Positions 1 through 8,145 of a stretch of 64,000 nucleotides of DNA are shown one piece after another; within the stretch, counting starts at the first letter, position 1, and every line of letters begins with the position of its first letter. The notes under the pieces are model-generated. The model was not told where the DNA came from, made no database searches, and saw nothing but the letters and a program-made list of their open reading frames with translations. The translations under genes were made by a program, and so were the position numbers. The stretch lies in the IMG/VR virus record IMGVR_UViG_3300032116_000032, positions 1 to 64,000 of that record. One strand, given 5' to 3'. The stretch is from a virus.

Positions 1-1047
1 GGAACTAATGGATCTTCGGGAACTAATGGTACTAGCGGTACTAACGGAACATCAGGAACGAATGGTACTAGCGGAACAAACGGAACTTCAGGAACCAACG
101 GGACTAATGGAACATCAGGTACAAATGGAACGTCAGGGACTAACGGTACAAATGGGTCAAGTGGTACAAACGGAACGTCAGGTACTAATGGGACTTCGGG
201 AACAAATGGAACCAACGGTACAAATGGGTCAAGTGGTACAAACGGAACAAACGGTACAAGTGGAACCAACGGAACATCGGGAACTAATGGTTCTAGCGGT
301 ACGAATGGTACTTCAGGAACTAATGGTACGAATGGATCTTCGGGAACTAATGGTACTAGCGGTACTAACGGAACTAATGGATCTTCAGGTACAAATGGAA
401 CATCAGGTACTAACGGAACTAATGGATCTTCAGGTACAAATGGAACATCAGGTACTAACGGAACTAATGGATCTTCAGGTACAAATGGAACGTCAGGAAC
501 TAATGGAACTTCAGGTACAAACGGAACAAACGGTAGTTCGGGAACAAATGGAACTAGCGGTACAAATGGGACTAATGGCTCTTCAGGAACAAATGGAACT
601 TCAGGAACCAACGGAACAAACGGTACTTCAGGAACCAACGGAACATCGGGTACTAACGGAACTAGTGGGACAAATGGTACTAACGGGTCTTCAGGTACAA
701 ATGGAACGTCAGGAACTAATGGAACTTCAGGTACAAACGGAACAAACGGTAGTTCGGGAACAAATGGAACTAGCGGTACAAATGGGACTAATGGATCTTC
801 AGGTACTAACGGGACAAATGGTTCAAGCGGTACCAACGGAACTTCAGGAACTAACGGAACATCCGGTACTAATGGAACAAATGGTTCAAGTGGTACCAAC
901 GGAACTAGTGGTACTAACGGAACAAATGGATCGAGCGGTACAAATGGAACAAACGGTTCAAGTGGAACAAACGGAACATCAGGAACTAATGGTACAAGTG
1001 GAACCAACGGAACATCAGGAACTAATGGAACCAATGGTACAAGTGGG
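1..1047 (+). repeat. Collagen-like 9-nt-period repeat (GTN/GTS/GSS triplets), about 116 triplets
   Basis: Gly codons fall at every checked position 1+9n. There is a perfect 45-nt tandem unit at 361-491 (about 2.9 copies) and an exact 107-nt duplication at 472-578 / 688-794. Confidence 0.95.
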
Positions 1048-4000
1048 GTTTCTCCTACAGTACCTGGAGCTAATAATGAAGTACTAACTTCAGATGGTGC
1101 GGGCGGCATAGTTGCTGAATCACTTTTAACTTTTGATGGTACAATCACATCACCTTACTTGAATATTAATTCAGTAAAGGTAGGTAGAGGGAATAACAAT
1201 GTTGCAACTAACATTTCAATTGGATGTACGGTTGCATTTGCTAATACCGCAACGGGACCATTAAACATTGCAATTGGTGGATTTTCTTTAAAATGTAATA
1301 CTACAGGATGTAGGAATGTTGGTATTGGACCGAACAGCCTTTACACGAATACTTCAGGAAATAGAAATATTGGTATTGGATATAGGTCTTTACTGTTGAA
1401 CTCGAATGGTGCAGAAAACGTCGCAATAGGGGGACAATCTACTTTATCTTCAAATACCTCGGGAAGTAATAATGTTGGTATTGGTAGCTACGCTTTGAGA
1501 TATACAACAACAGGAAATTACAACTTTGCGATTGGTAGTAGAGTATTAAATTGTAATACAACGGGAAGTTGTAATATTGGTATTGGTCGATTATCATTAT
1601 ATTGTAACACAACTGGTTGTCACAACACGGCATTTGGATTTTGTTCATTACGTAGTAATACTACAGGTTCACAAAATAATGCAATGGGTCAATACGCATT
1701 GAGAAGTAACACTACAGGTTCACAAAATAATGCATTTGGGCGTAATGCTTTACGAAGCAATGTTAGTGGTGTCAATAACGTCGCAATTGGTGATGGTACT
1801 TTATTTAATAATACAATTGGTAGTGGTAATTTAGCAGTTGGGTATCGATCTATGTCTTCAAACATAAATGGGGGTAATAATACCGCAATTGGTAGATACT
1901 CTTTACAATCTAACACACAGGGAACCTATAATAACGCGATAGGATTATCTTCATTACGTAATAACACATTAGGTTGTCATAATACGGCAATTGGTAGGTA
2001 TTCATTGTTAAATAACAATACAGGTAACTTTAATACCGCAATTGGTCAATATGCTTTAAGAAATAATACGTCGGGTCTTCATAACATAGCAATTGGTTGT
2101 CAATCCTTACGTTATAATACAACAGGGTGTGATAATGTTTCGTTTGGACGAGACGCATTACGTTTCTCTACAACAGGCAGTAATAATATTGGAATTGGTA
2201 GAGAAACTCTATACGCATTTGGGGCTAAATATGACAACGTTGCGATAGGGTATCGATCTTTAAAATGCGTAACAACAGGATGTTGTAATATAGCAATTGG
2301 TAGACGAGCATCATATAATAATACAACTGGTAATAATAATGTTTCTATTGGATCGGGAGTATTATTTCAAAATACAACGGGTTGTCAAAATATTGGAATA
2401 GGAATATCTAATTTAGATAATAATACGACAGGTTATCAGAATATCTCCATAGGTGCGTCCGCTTCACTTGCCAATACAACTGGATCACGAAACCTTTCAA
2501 TTGGGTACAGAGCATTATTTTCAAATGTTGGGGGTTGTTATAATATTGCAATAGGTCACTTTAGTTTATATTGTAGTAATACACTAAGTCACGAAATTGC
2601 AATTGGTTCGGAAGCTATGAGATATAGAGCCCCTTTCAATTTACCTGGACCTGCAAATATTGCTATTGGTCTGTTCGCCCTAAGGGGGTGTAACTATACG
2701 TATAAACAATGTGGATATGGAAACATTGCAATTGGCGGTTGTTCTCAAAGATATAACTCTACAGGACATTACAATATAGGTATAGGTAGTAACACATTAA
2801 CTTTAAATAAAACTGGACGGCAAAATGTTGCTATTGGTGCAAATGCACTTAGAAATACAACAGCTTACAATCCATCCGTAGCGGTAGGTTTTTTAGCCTT
2901 ATGTACCCAAACAACAGGTTATAATAATACTGCAGTAGGTACGAGAGCTTTACAATCAAATTCAACTGGTATTAGAAATACCGCAGTTGGTCATTTCGCA
3001 TTAATATATAATACTGGAAATGACAATACTGGAGTGGGTTACAATACTCAAAATAATGGAGGAACTGCATATGCAAATAGTTCCTTAGGAAGTAAAACAT
3101 TAGAGTCCAACATAGCAGGTTTTCATAATGTTGCTATGGGATATAGAGCATTAGCAAAAAATTTGACTGGTTTTAAAAATACTGGTTTAGGTTCTCGTTC
3201 AATAGAAAATAATACTTATGGTCATAATAATATTGGAATTGGTTATCAATCTCTATATAACAATAACACAGGATATCAAAACATTGCAATAGGTACTTGT
3301 AGTTTACTAAATAATACATACGGTCAATTTAATATTGCTCAAGGATATAGAGCCATGTATAATAACACGTATGGATGTTTTAACGTTGCAATTGGTAGAT
3401 GTGTACTTGAAAATAATACAACCGCAAATGAAAACATTGCTATCGGTAGAAAACCTTTATTCTCAAACACTACAGGTACTCAAAACATCGCTTTAGGTAG
3501 AAACGCACTTATCTGTAACTCAACAGGAAATTACAACATTGCAATGGGTAGAACTGCACTATATGAAAATACAACTGGTGTAGGAAACGTTTCAATTGGT
3601 ATTCGAACAATGGCATATAACAAATCAGGATCTTGTAATGTTGTTTTAGGTTATAGAGCAAATTATAATGGTTATCAGTCGTGTTTTAATGTGTTTATAG
3701 GTACTAAAGCAGGTTGTAATCATTCTTGTTATTGTACTAATGCTAATGTTGCAATAGGATTTCAAGCTTTATTCTCAAGTGTTGCAACTTCAGAAAACGT
3801 TGCTATTGGTACTGAAACATTATATGGTAATACTTCGGGTGGTGTAAACGTTGCAATAGGGGAAAGATCTCAAAGAAATTTAACTACAGGTCAAAGAAAC
3901 GTAAGTGTTGGTTCGCGAGCCATGTATTATGCAACCACAACTAGATATAGTATTGGTGTAGGTGCTTGGGCGGGGTCTAAATTAACTACAGGTTATGATA

Positions 4001-4332
4001 ATATTGCAATCGGTAGATGTGCATCTTATAATCAACCAACAACATCTAAGAATAATATTGCCATAGGTAGAGAAGCAAACTGTGCAACAACTTATCAAGG
4101 TGATAATAATATATTTTTGGGTTACAGAACTGGTATGCCGACTGGTAACTACACCGCTTCAGTTGCGATAGGTGGTTATACAGACATACAAGCTAGTAAT
4201 TATATACACTTTGGTTCTGCAGTAGGAGGATTCAATTTGGGGGTTGTTAGTTCAGGTATTGGATGTACGGTTAGTGATATTTGGCCTGTTTATATCAATG
4301 GAGTGTTGAGAAAAATAATGTTATCTTGTTAA
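1..4332 (+). CDS. Long fibre/adhesin, 5'-partial: collagen-like Gly-X-Y stalk (nt 1-1047) plus Cys-rich 14-aa beta-roll repeats (YadA-head-like)
   Basis: Frame +1 reads GTNGSSGTNGTS... from base 1. I found no stop through 1021-1158 (TNGTSGVSPTVPGANNEVLTSDGAGG...), and it is in frame with track ORF 1159..4332, whose TTG start is therefore internal. The C-terminal part repeats N-x-A-I-G-x-x-(A/S)-L-x-x-N-T-T-G. Confidence 0.85.
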   Translation, partial: GTNGSSGTNGTSGTNGTSGTNGTSGTNGTSGTNGTNGTSGTNGTSGTNGTNGSSGTNGTSGTNGTSGTNGTNGTNGSSGTNGTNGTSGTNGTSGTNGSSGTNGTSGTNGTNGSSGTNGTSGTNGTNGSSGTNGTSGTNGTNGSSGTNGTSGTNGTNGSSGTNGTSGTNGTSGTNGTNGSSGTNGTSGTNGTNGSSGTNGTSGTNGTNGTSGTNGTSGTNGTSGTNGTNGSSGTNGTSGTNGTSGTNGTNGSSGTNGTSGTNGTNGSSGTNGTNGSSGTNGTSGTNGTSGTNGTNGSSGTNGTSGTNGTNGSSGTNGTNGSSGTNGTSGTNGTSGTNGTSGTNGTNGTSGVSPTVPGANNEVLTSDGAGGIVAESLLTFDGTITSPYLNINSVKVGRGNNNVATNISIGCTVAFANTATGPLNIAIGGFSLKCNTTGCRNVGIGPNSLYTNTSGNRNIGIGYRSLLLNSNGAENVAIGGQSTLSSNTSGSNNVGIGSYALRYTTTGNYNFAIGSRVLNCNTTGSCNIGIGRLSLYCNTTGCHNTAFGFCSLRSNTTGSQNNAMGQYALRSNTTGSQNNAFGRNALRSNVSGVNNVAIGDGTLFNNTIGSGNLAVGYRSMSSNINGGNNTAIGRYSLQSNTQGTYNNAIGLSSLRNNTLGCHNTAIGRYSLLNNNTGNFNTAIGQYALRNNTSGLHNIAIGCQSLRYNTTGCDNVSFGRDALRFSTTGSNNIGIGRETLYAFGAKYDNVAIGYRSLKCVTTGCCNIAIGRRASYNNTTGNNNVSIGSGVLFQNTTGCQNIGIGISNLDNNTTGYQNISIGASASLANTTGSRNLSIGYRALFSNVGGCYNIAIGHFSLYCSNTLSHEIAIGSEAMRYRAPFNLPGPANIAIGLFALRGCNYTYKQCGYGNIAIGGCSQRYNSTGHYNIGIGSNTLTLNKTGRQNVAIGANALRNTTAYNPSVAVGFLALCTQTTGYNNTAVGTRALQSNSTGIRNTAVGHFALIYNTGNDNTGVGYNTQNNGGTAYANSSLGSKTLESNIAGFHNVAMGYRALAKNLTGFKNTGLGSRSIENNTYGHNNIGIGYQSLYNNNTGYQNIAIGTCSLLNNTYGQFNIAQGYRAMYNNTYGCFNVAIGRCVLENNTTANENIAIGRKPLFSNTTGTQNIALGRNALICNSTGNYNIAMGRTALYENTTGVGNVSIGIRTMAYNKSGSCNVVLGYRANYNGYQSCFNVFIGTKAGCNHSCYCTNANVAIGFQALFSSVATSENVAIGTETLYGNTSGGVNVAIGERSQRNLTTGQRNVSVGSRAMYYATTTRYSIGVGAWAGSKLTTGYDNIAIGRCASYNQPTTSKNNIAIGREANCATTYQGDNNIFLGYRTGMPTGNYTASVAIGGYTDIQASNYIHFGSAVGGFNLGVVSSGIGCTVSDIWPVYINGVLRKIMLSC

Positions 4333-4378
4333 AAAACATAGACATTTTTATTAACTATAGTATTTTTTAAAATAAAAA

Positions 4379-5197
4379 ATGGTACAAAAAATATTTTATA
4401 ACACATCACTCCCAAGAGCAGGGTCTACATTACTTCAAAACATTTTGATGCAAAATCCTGAATTTTATTCAACACCAACTTCTGGCCTTGCTGATTTATT
4501 GATGACTGCAAGGAGTGTTTATTCAACAGGAGACGCATTTAGAGCTCAAGATCCTGAGGAAATGAAAAATGGAATGAAAAATTTCTATAAACAAGGTTTG
4601 TATGGGTTTTATAATGCAATTACAAATAGACCGTATGTTTTTGAAAAAAGTAGGGCTTGGATCGGTAATTATGGATTTTTGGAGTTTTTTGAAGAAGATA
4701 TCAAAATGGTTTGTATGGTTAGAGACTTACGTTCTATTTTTTCATCAATGGAAAAAAACTTTAGAAAAAATCAACACAAAGATCCTATGATTGTCAATGG
4801 AGTTGAATTGAAAAATATGACAACAGTTGCAAGAATTGATCACTTCTCAACAACTCCACCTGTTGGTCCGTCAATTGAATGGTTATTTGAAGCAATACAC
4901 CAAGGATATGATAAAAAAATTCATTTTATACGTTTTGAAGATTTGACTGTAAATCCTGAAAAAGAAATGAAAAAACTATATAACTATTTAGGATTTGATT
5001 ATTATCCTCACCACTTTACAAACATGGAACAACTAACACACGAGAATGATGTAATTCATGGAATTTTTGGCGACCATACAATTAAACCAAATATTGAGCC
5101 ATATAAAGAAGACTTTATTGAAGTTTTAAGTAAAGAACAATCAGATAGAATTAGATCTCACTATGATTGGTTTTATAAAAGATTTAACTATTTATAA
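4379..5197 (+). CDS. PAPS-dependent sulfotransferase
   Basis: The N-terminal 5'-PSB loop is LPRAGSTLL, the 3'-PB-like motif is VRDLRSIFSS, and IRFEDL appears later. Size is 272 aa. Confidence 0.85.
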   Translation: MVQKIFYNTSLPRAGSTLLQNILMQNPEFYSTPTSGLADLLMTARSVYSTGDAFRAQDPEEMKNGMKNFYKQGLYGFYNAITNRPYVFEKSRAWIGNYGFLEFFEEDIKMVCMVRDLRSIFSSMEKNFRKNQHKDPMIVNGVELKNMTTVARIDHFSTTPPVGPSIEWLFEAIHQGYDKKIHFIRFEDLTVNPEKEMKKLYNYLGFDYYPHHFTNMEQLTHENDVIHGIFGDHTIKPNIEPYKEDFIEVLSKEQSDRIRSHYDWFYKRFNYL

Positions 5198-5199
5198 TT

Positions 5200-5460
5200 A
5201 TGGAAACACAAGACACACCACCAAACCCAAGAAATTCTGTATCGGCAGCCTTTGATTCGGTAAACTTAATCAATAACACAATACCATCTACAGGAAAAAC
5301 TATAGATGAAAAAATAGACATTGTGAAACGCAACAAAGACCATTTAGAAATTATGATGGGTAAAAGTTGGTTTACAGAAGCTTTAATAAATGACGAAGGC
5401 AATCAAATACAAACCTGTATTGTAAATGCTCAAAATTTCTTAGACTCTAATGGCGGATAA
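5200..5460 (+). CDS. Small helical hypothetical protein (possible fibre chaperone)
   Basis: 86-aa ORF. It shares the DSxxxIN...NKxHLxI pattern with the next ORF. Confidence 0.6.
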   Translation: METQDTPPNPRNSVSAAFDSVNLINNTIPSTGKTIDEKIDIVKRNKDHLEIMMGKSWFTEALINDEGNQIQTCIVNAQNFLDSNGG

Positions 5461-5944
5461 TTCTTTTGATAGGGTAAAGGTTGCATTAGACTCAATTACA
5501 ATGATCAATAAATTGATTGAGAATACAAGCACGCCTTCAGGAAATTTAGATCCACCAAATATAAATGAGATTATTGAATTTAATAAAAAACATTTAATGA
5601 TTGAAAAAGATAAAGGTGGTTTTAGTGAGACTGAACTTACATTGATTGAAAATAAAATTTCTGAGGCTACAACTTTCATAGAAAACAATCCTAATAACGG
5701 TGGAGGAGGAGTTTCACCATACGTTGTTTTTTTCCAAGATTGTAAGTTAGGGTTTGAATTTGGGGTCAATTTTTCTCCCGAATACCCAAATTTAAAAATT
5801 GGTGACACATATGGTTTAGACGCCAAAGGATATCGAGGTTGTGGTCAAGTAACATCTACACCAAAAAAAACACCACCAATTTATAAAAGTCCGTCAATAG
5901 TAACGTACTTTGAATTTTGTCAGCAATGTATTGACAAGTTCTAA
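5450..5944 (+). CDS. Hypothetical protein, N-terminal paralogue of 5200..5460 plus a Cys-containing C-terminal domain
   Basis: ALDSITMINK...FNKKHLMI aligns with AFDSVNLINN...RNKDHLEI. A GGGG linker precedes the second domain. Confidence 0.6.
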   Translation: MADNSFDRVKVALDSITMINKLIENTSTPSGNLDPPNINEIIEFNKKHLMIEKDKGGFSETELTLIENKISEATTFIENNPNNGGGGVSPYVVFFQDCKLGFEFGVNFSPEYPNLKIGDTYGLDAKGYRGCGQVTSTPKKTPPIYKSPSIVTYFEFCQQCIDKF

Positions 5945-6001
5945 TATATCTTACTAAAAGATTTATTTAAAATTTATTTTTCTTATTTTTTTATAAAAAA
6001 T

Positions 6002-6880
6002 ATGGAAGAAAAATATATTGTTTGGCATATTGAGGGTGGTTTAGGAAAAAACGTTGCTGCAACATCTTTACTAAAATCCATTAAAGAAAAATATGTCGAT
6101 AGAAAAATAATTGTTGTTGCTTCTTATCCTGACATTTTTATTAATAACCCAAATATCTACAGAGTTTATAGAGTAGGTAATACTCAATACTTTTATGATG
6201 ATTTTATAAAAGATAAAGACACTATAGTGTTTAGACATGAACCATATTATCAAACAAATCATTTTCATAAAAGAAAACATTTAATAGAAAATTGGTGTGA
6301 ATTATTAAATTTAGATTACGAAAATCAAACTCCAGATATACAATTTAATTTAGTTCAAGAAAGAATTGGTTTAAAGTGGAGACGAGAAAAACCTATATTA
6401 CTCATTCAAACCAATGGTGGTCTAATTACATCTGATCTACCTTATTCTTGGACAAGAGACATACCTTTTGATCTATCCCTACAAATTGTAGAAAAATATA
6501 AAGAGGAGTACCATATCATACAAGTTTGTAAACCATCCTCAAGAAAAATTCCTGAAGCTGAAGTGATTGATCAAGAAATGTCAAATATAGATTTATTCAC
6601 ATTACTAACTTATAGTAGTAAAAGAATTCTTATTGATTCTTGTTTACAACATGTTGCTGCGGCTTTTAATTTAGAATCGTCTGTTTTATGGATTGGTACT
6701 TCACCAAAAGTATTTGGTTATACAATTCATAATAATATAGTTGCTAACCCACCTACGGGTAATATTAAACATCCAAATTCATATCTGTTTGATTATTCAT
6801 TTGAAGGTTTGGCCTTTGAATGTCCTTATTATTCAATAAACGAAATGTTTGATGTTGATAAACTTTTAGAAAAAATATAA
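6002..6880 (+). CDS. GT-B glycosyltransferase, GT9 (heptosyltransferase)-like
   Basis: HIEGGLGKNVAATSLL at the N-terminus and IDSCLQHVAAAF...VLWIGT resemble GT9 motifs (GLGD...; DSGxxHxAxA). Confidence 0.7.
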   Translation: MEEKYIVWHIEGGLGKNVAATSLLKSIKEKYVDRKIIVVASYPDIFINNPNIYRVYRVGNTQYFYDDFIKDKDTIVFRHEPYYQTNHFHKRKHLIENWCELLNLDYENQTPDIQFNLVQERIGLKWRREKPILLIQTNGGLITSDLPYSWTRDIPFDLSLQIVEKYKEEYHIIQVCKPSSRKIPEAEVIDQEMSNIDLFTLLTYSSKRILIDSCLQHVAAAFNLESSVLWIGTSPKVFGYTIHNNIVANPPTGNIKHPNSYLFDYSFEGLAFECPYYSINEMFDVDKLLEKI

Positions 6881-6882
6881 AT

Positions 6883-7335
6883 ATGATTTATTGGTTTACA
6901 GGTCAACCTGGTGCGGGTAAGACCTCAATTGCTGAAGTACTAATTACAAAACTACCAAATAACACCTTTCACGTTGATGGTGATGATCTAAGAGAAATCT
7001 TTAATAACAAAGATTATAGTGAATTGGGAAGAAGAAAGAATATTGAACTTGCTCAACACATTACACATTTTCTACATAACAAAGGTAATGATGTTATTGT
7101 AAGTTTAGTTTCTCCTTACAGAGATCAGAGAGAAGAATTTAAATCAAAGTTGGGTAATGACATTATCGAGATATATGTTCATACCGAAAATTTAAGAGGA
7201 CGTGAAGACTTTCACGTTAAGAACTACGAAGAACCATTAGAAAACTTTTTAGACATGGATACTTCAGATGTAATAATTGAAACTTGTGTTAATCAAATTT
7301 TAGGATATGAAAAACTACATAGCAAAAGCAGATAA
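6883..7335 (+). CDS. cysC: Adenylyl-sulfate (APS) kinase
   Basis: WFTGQPGAGKT P-loop, DGDDLRE, RRKNI and VSLVSPYRDQRE are all hallmark CysC motifs. Confidence 0.9.
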   Translation: MIYWFTGQPGAGKTSIAEVLITKLPNNTFHVDGDDLREIFNNKDYSELGRRKNIELAQHITHFLHNKGNDVIVSLVSPYRDQREEFKSKLGNDIIEIYVHTENLRGREDFHVKNYEEPLENFLDMDTSDVIIETCVNQILGYEKLHSKSR

Positions 7336-7705
7336 GAAAACCTCATCAACAGACAGACAATACTCAATGTTTGTTGGGAGATGGCAACCATTGCATGAAG
7401 GTCATCAATGGTTATTTAATCAAGCGTTAGAGGAAGGTAAAAACGTTTTGATTTGTATTAGAGATGTAAAACCTGACGATAAAAATCCTTTTACTCCTGA
7501 TGAGGTTAAAAAGAATATTGAGGACCACTATGGTAACTTAATCACTGAAGAGCGTGTTAAGGTAATTATTATTCCCGATATAGAATCAATTAACTACGGT
7601 AGAGGTGTTGGATACGACGTAATTGAGCATGTACCACCACAAAATATTCACGACATTTCTGCGACTAAAGTAAGAGAACAAATGAAGAAAGAAGGTAAGA
7701 TATGA
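7307..7705 (+). CDS. HxGH (HIGH)-superfamily nucleotidyltransferase, NadM-like motif; candidate minimal ATP sulfurylase
   Basis: GRWQPLHEGH and C-terminal DISATKVRE motifs. It overlaps cysC by 29 nt. Confidence 0.75.
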   Translation: MKNYIAKADKKTSSTDRQYSMFVGRWQPLHEGHQWLFNQALEEGKNVLICIRDVKPDDKNPFTPDEVKKNIEDHYGNLITEERVKVIIIPDIESINYGRGVGYDVIEHVPPQNIHDISATKVREQMKKEGKI

Positions 7706-8145
7706 AAGAAAAAATAAAAAAATTCCAAATCAGATTCAATGTTAACAGTACATCTGAAATTGATCGATGGAGATTAATTACAGATGGTGATGAAAAATTG
7801 GTAAAAGATATTATTATTGATGGTCATACATATACTTCTATGGACTGGATGGAGGATATTAATCAATATAAATGGCATGTCAGTTGTGAAGGTTATGTGA
7901 CAATAACTAATAATGTTGCTTATGTTGTAACCGTGAAAGAAGATGCTGCCATGCTCAGACACATATTAAAAACAATATCCTATCGTTTTTTAGGTACTTT
8001 TACAACAATTGTGACCGCATATTCATTAGGAGTTTCTTTAGAGTTATCATCTTTATTAGGTGTTGGTGAACTTATGATAAAACCTGTTATGTATTTTTTT
8101 CACGAAAGAATTTGGTATAAATTTGTAAGAATAGGTAAAAAGTAA
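7702..8145 (+). CDS. Soluble N-terminal domain fused to a DUF2061-like membrane domain
   Basis: The C-terminal RHILKTISYRFLGTFTT...KPVMYFFHERIW matches the DUF2061 pattern as I recall it. It has an ATGA overlap with the upstream gene. Confidence 0.7.
   Translation: MKEKIKKFQIRFNVNSTSEIDRWRLITDGDEKLVKDIIIDGHTYTSMDWMEDINQYKWHVSCEGYVTITNNVAYVVTVKEDAAMLRHILKTISYRFLGTFTTIVTAYSLGVSLELSSLLGVGELMIKPVMYFFHERIWYKFVRIGKK

Noticed and set aside
1-1047. Periodic repeat as a CRISPR array or satellite
   Set aside because: There are no unique spacers. The 9-nt period with third-position variation indicates a coding repeat.
8-1087. 359-aa track ORF (frame +2, MDLRELMVL...)
   Set aside because: It is a shadow frame of the Gly-Thr-Asn repeat. 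Frame +1 is open and continuous with the adhesin domain.
1159-4332. Diversity-generating retroelement target (AAT/AGT to TGT-like variation among repeats)
   Set aside because: No reverse transcriptase and no template/variable repeat pair are visible in the window, and the variation is not confined to a C-terminal variable region.
7307-7705. HldE-type ADP-heptose synthase call for the nucleotidyltransferase
   Set aside because: Its GRWQPLHEGH motif matches the NadM type rather than the GCFDILHxGH type, and it is coupled to cysC. The call is not fully excluded without an assay.
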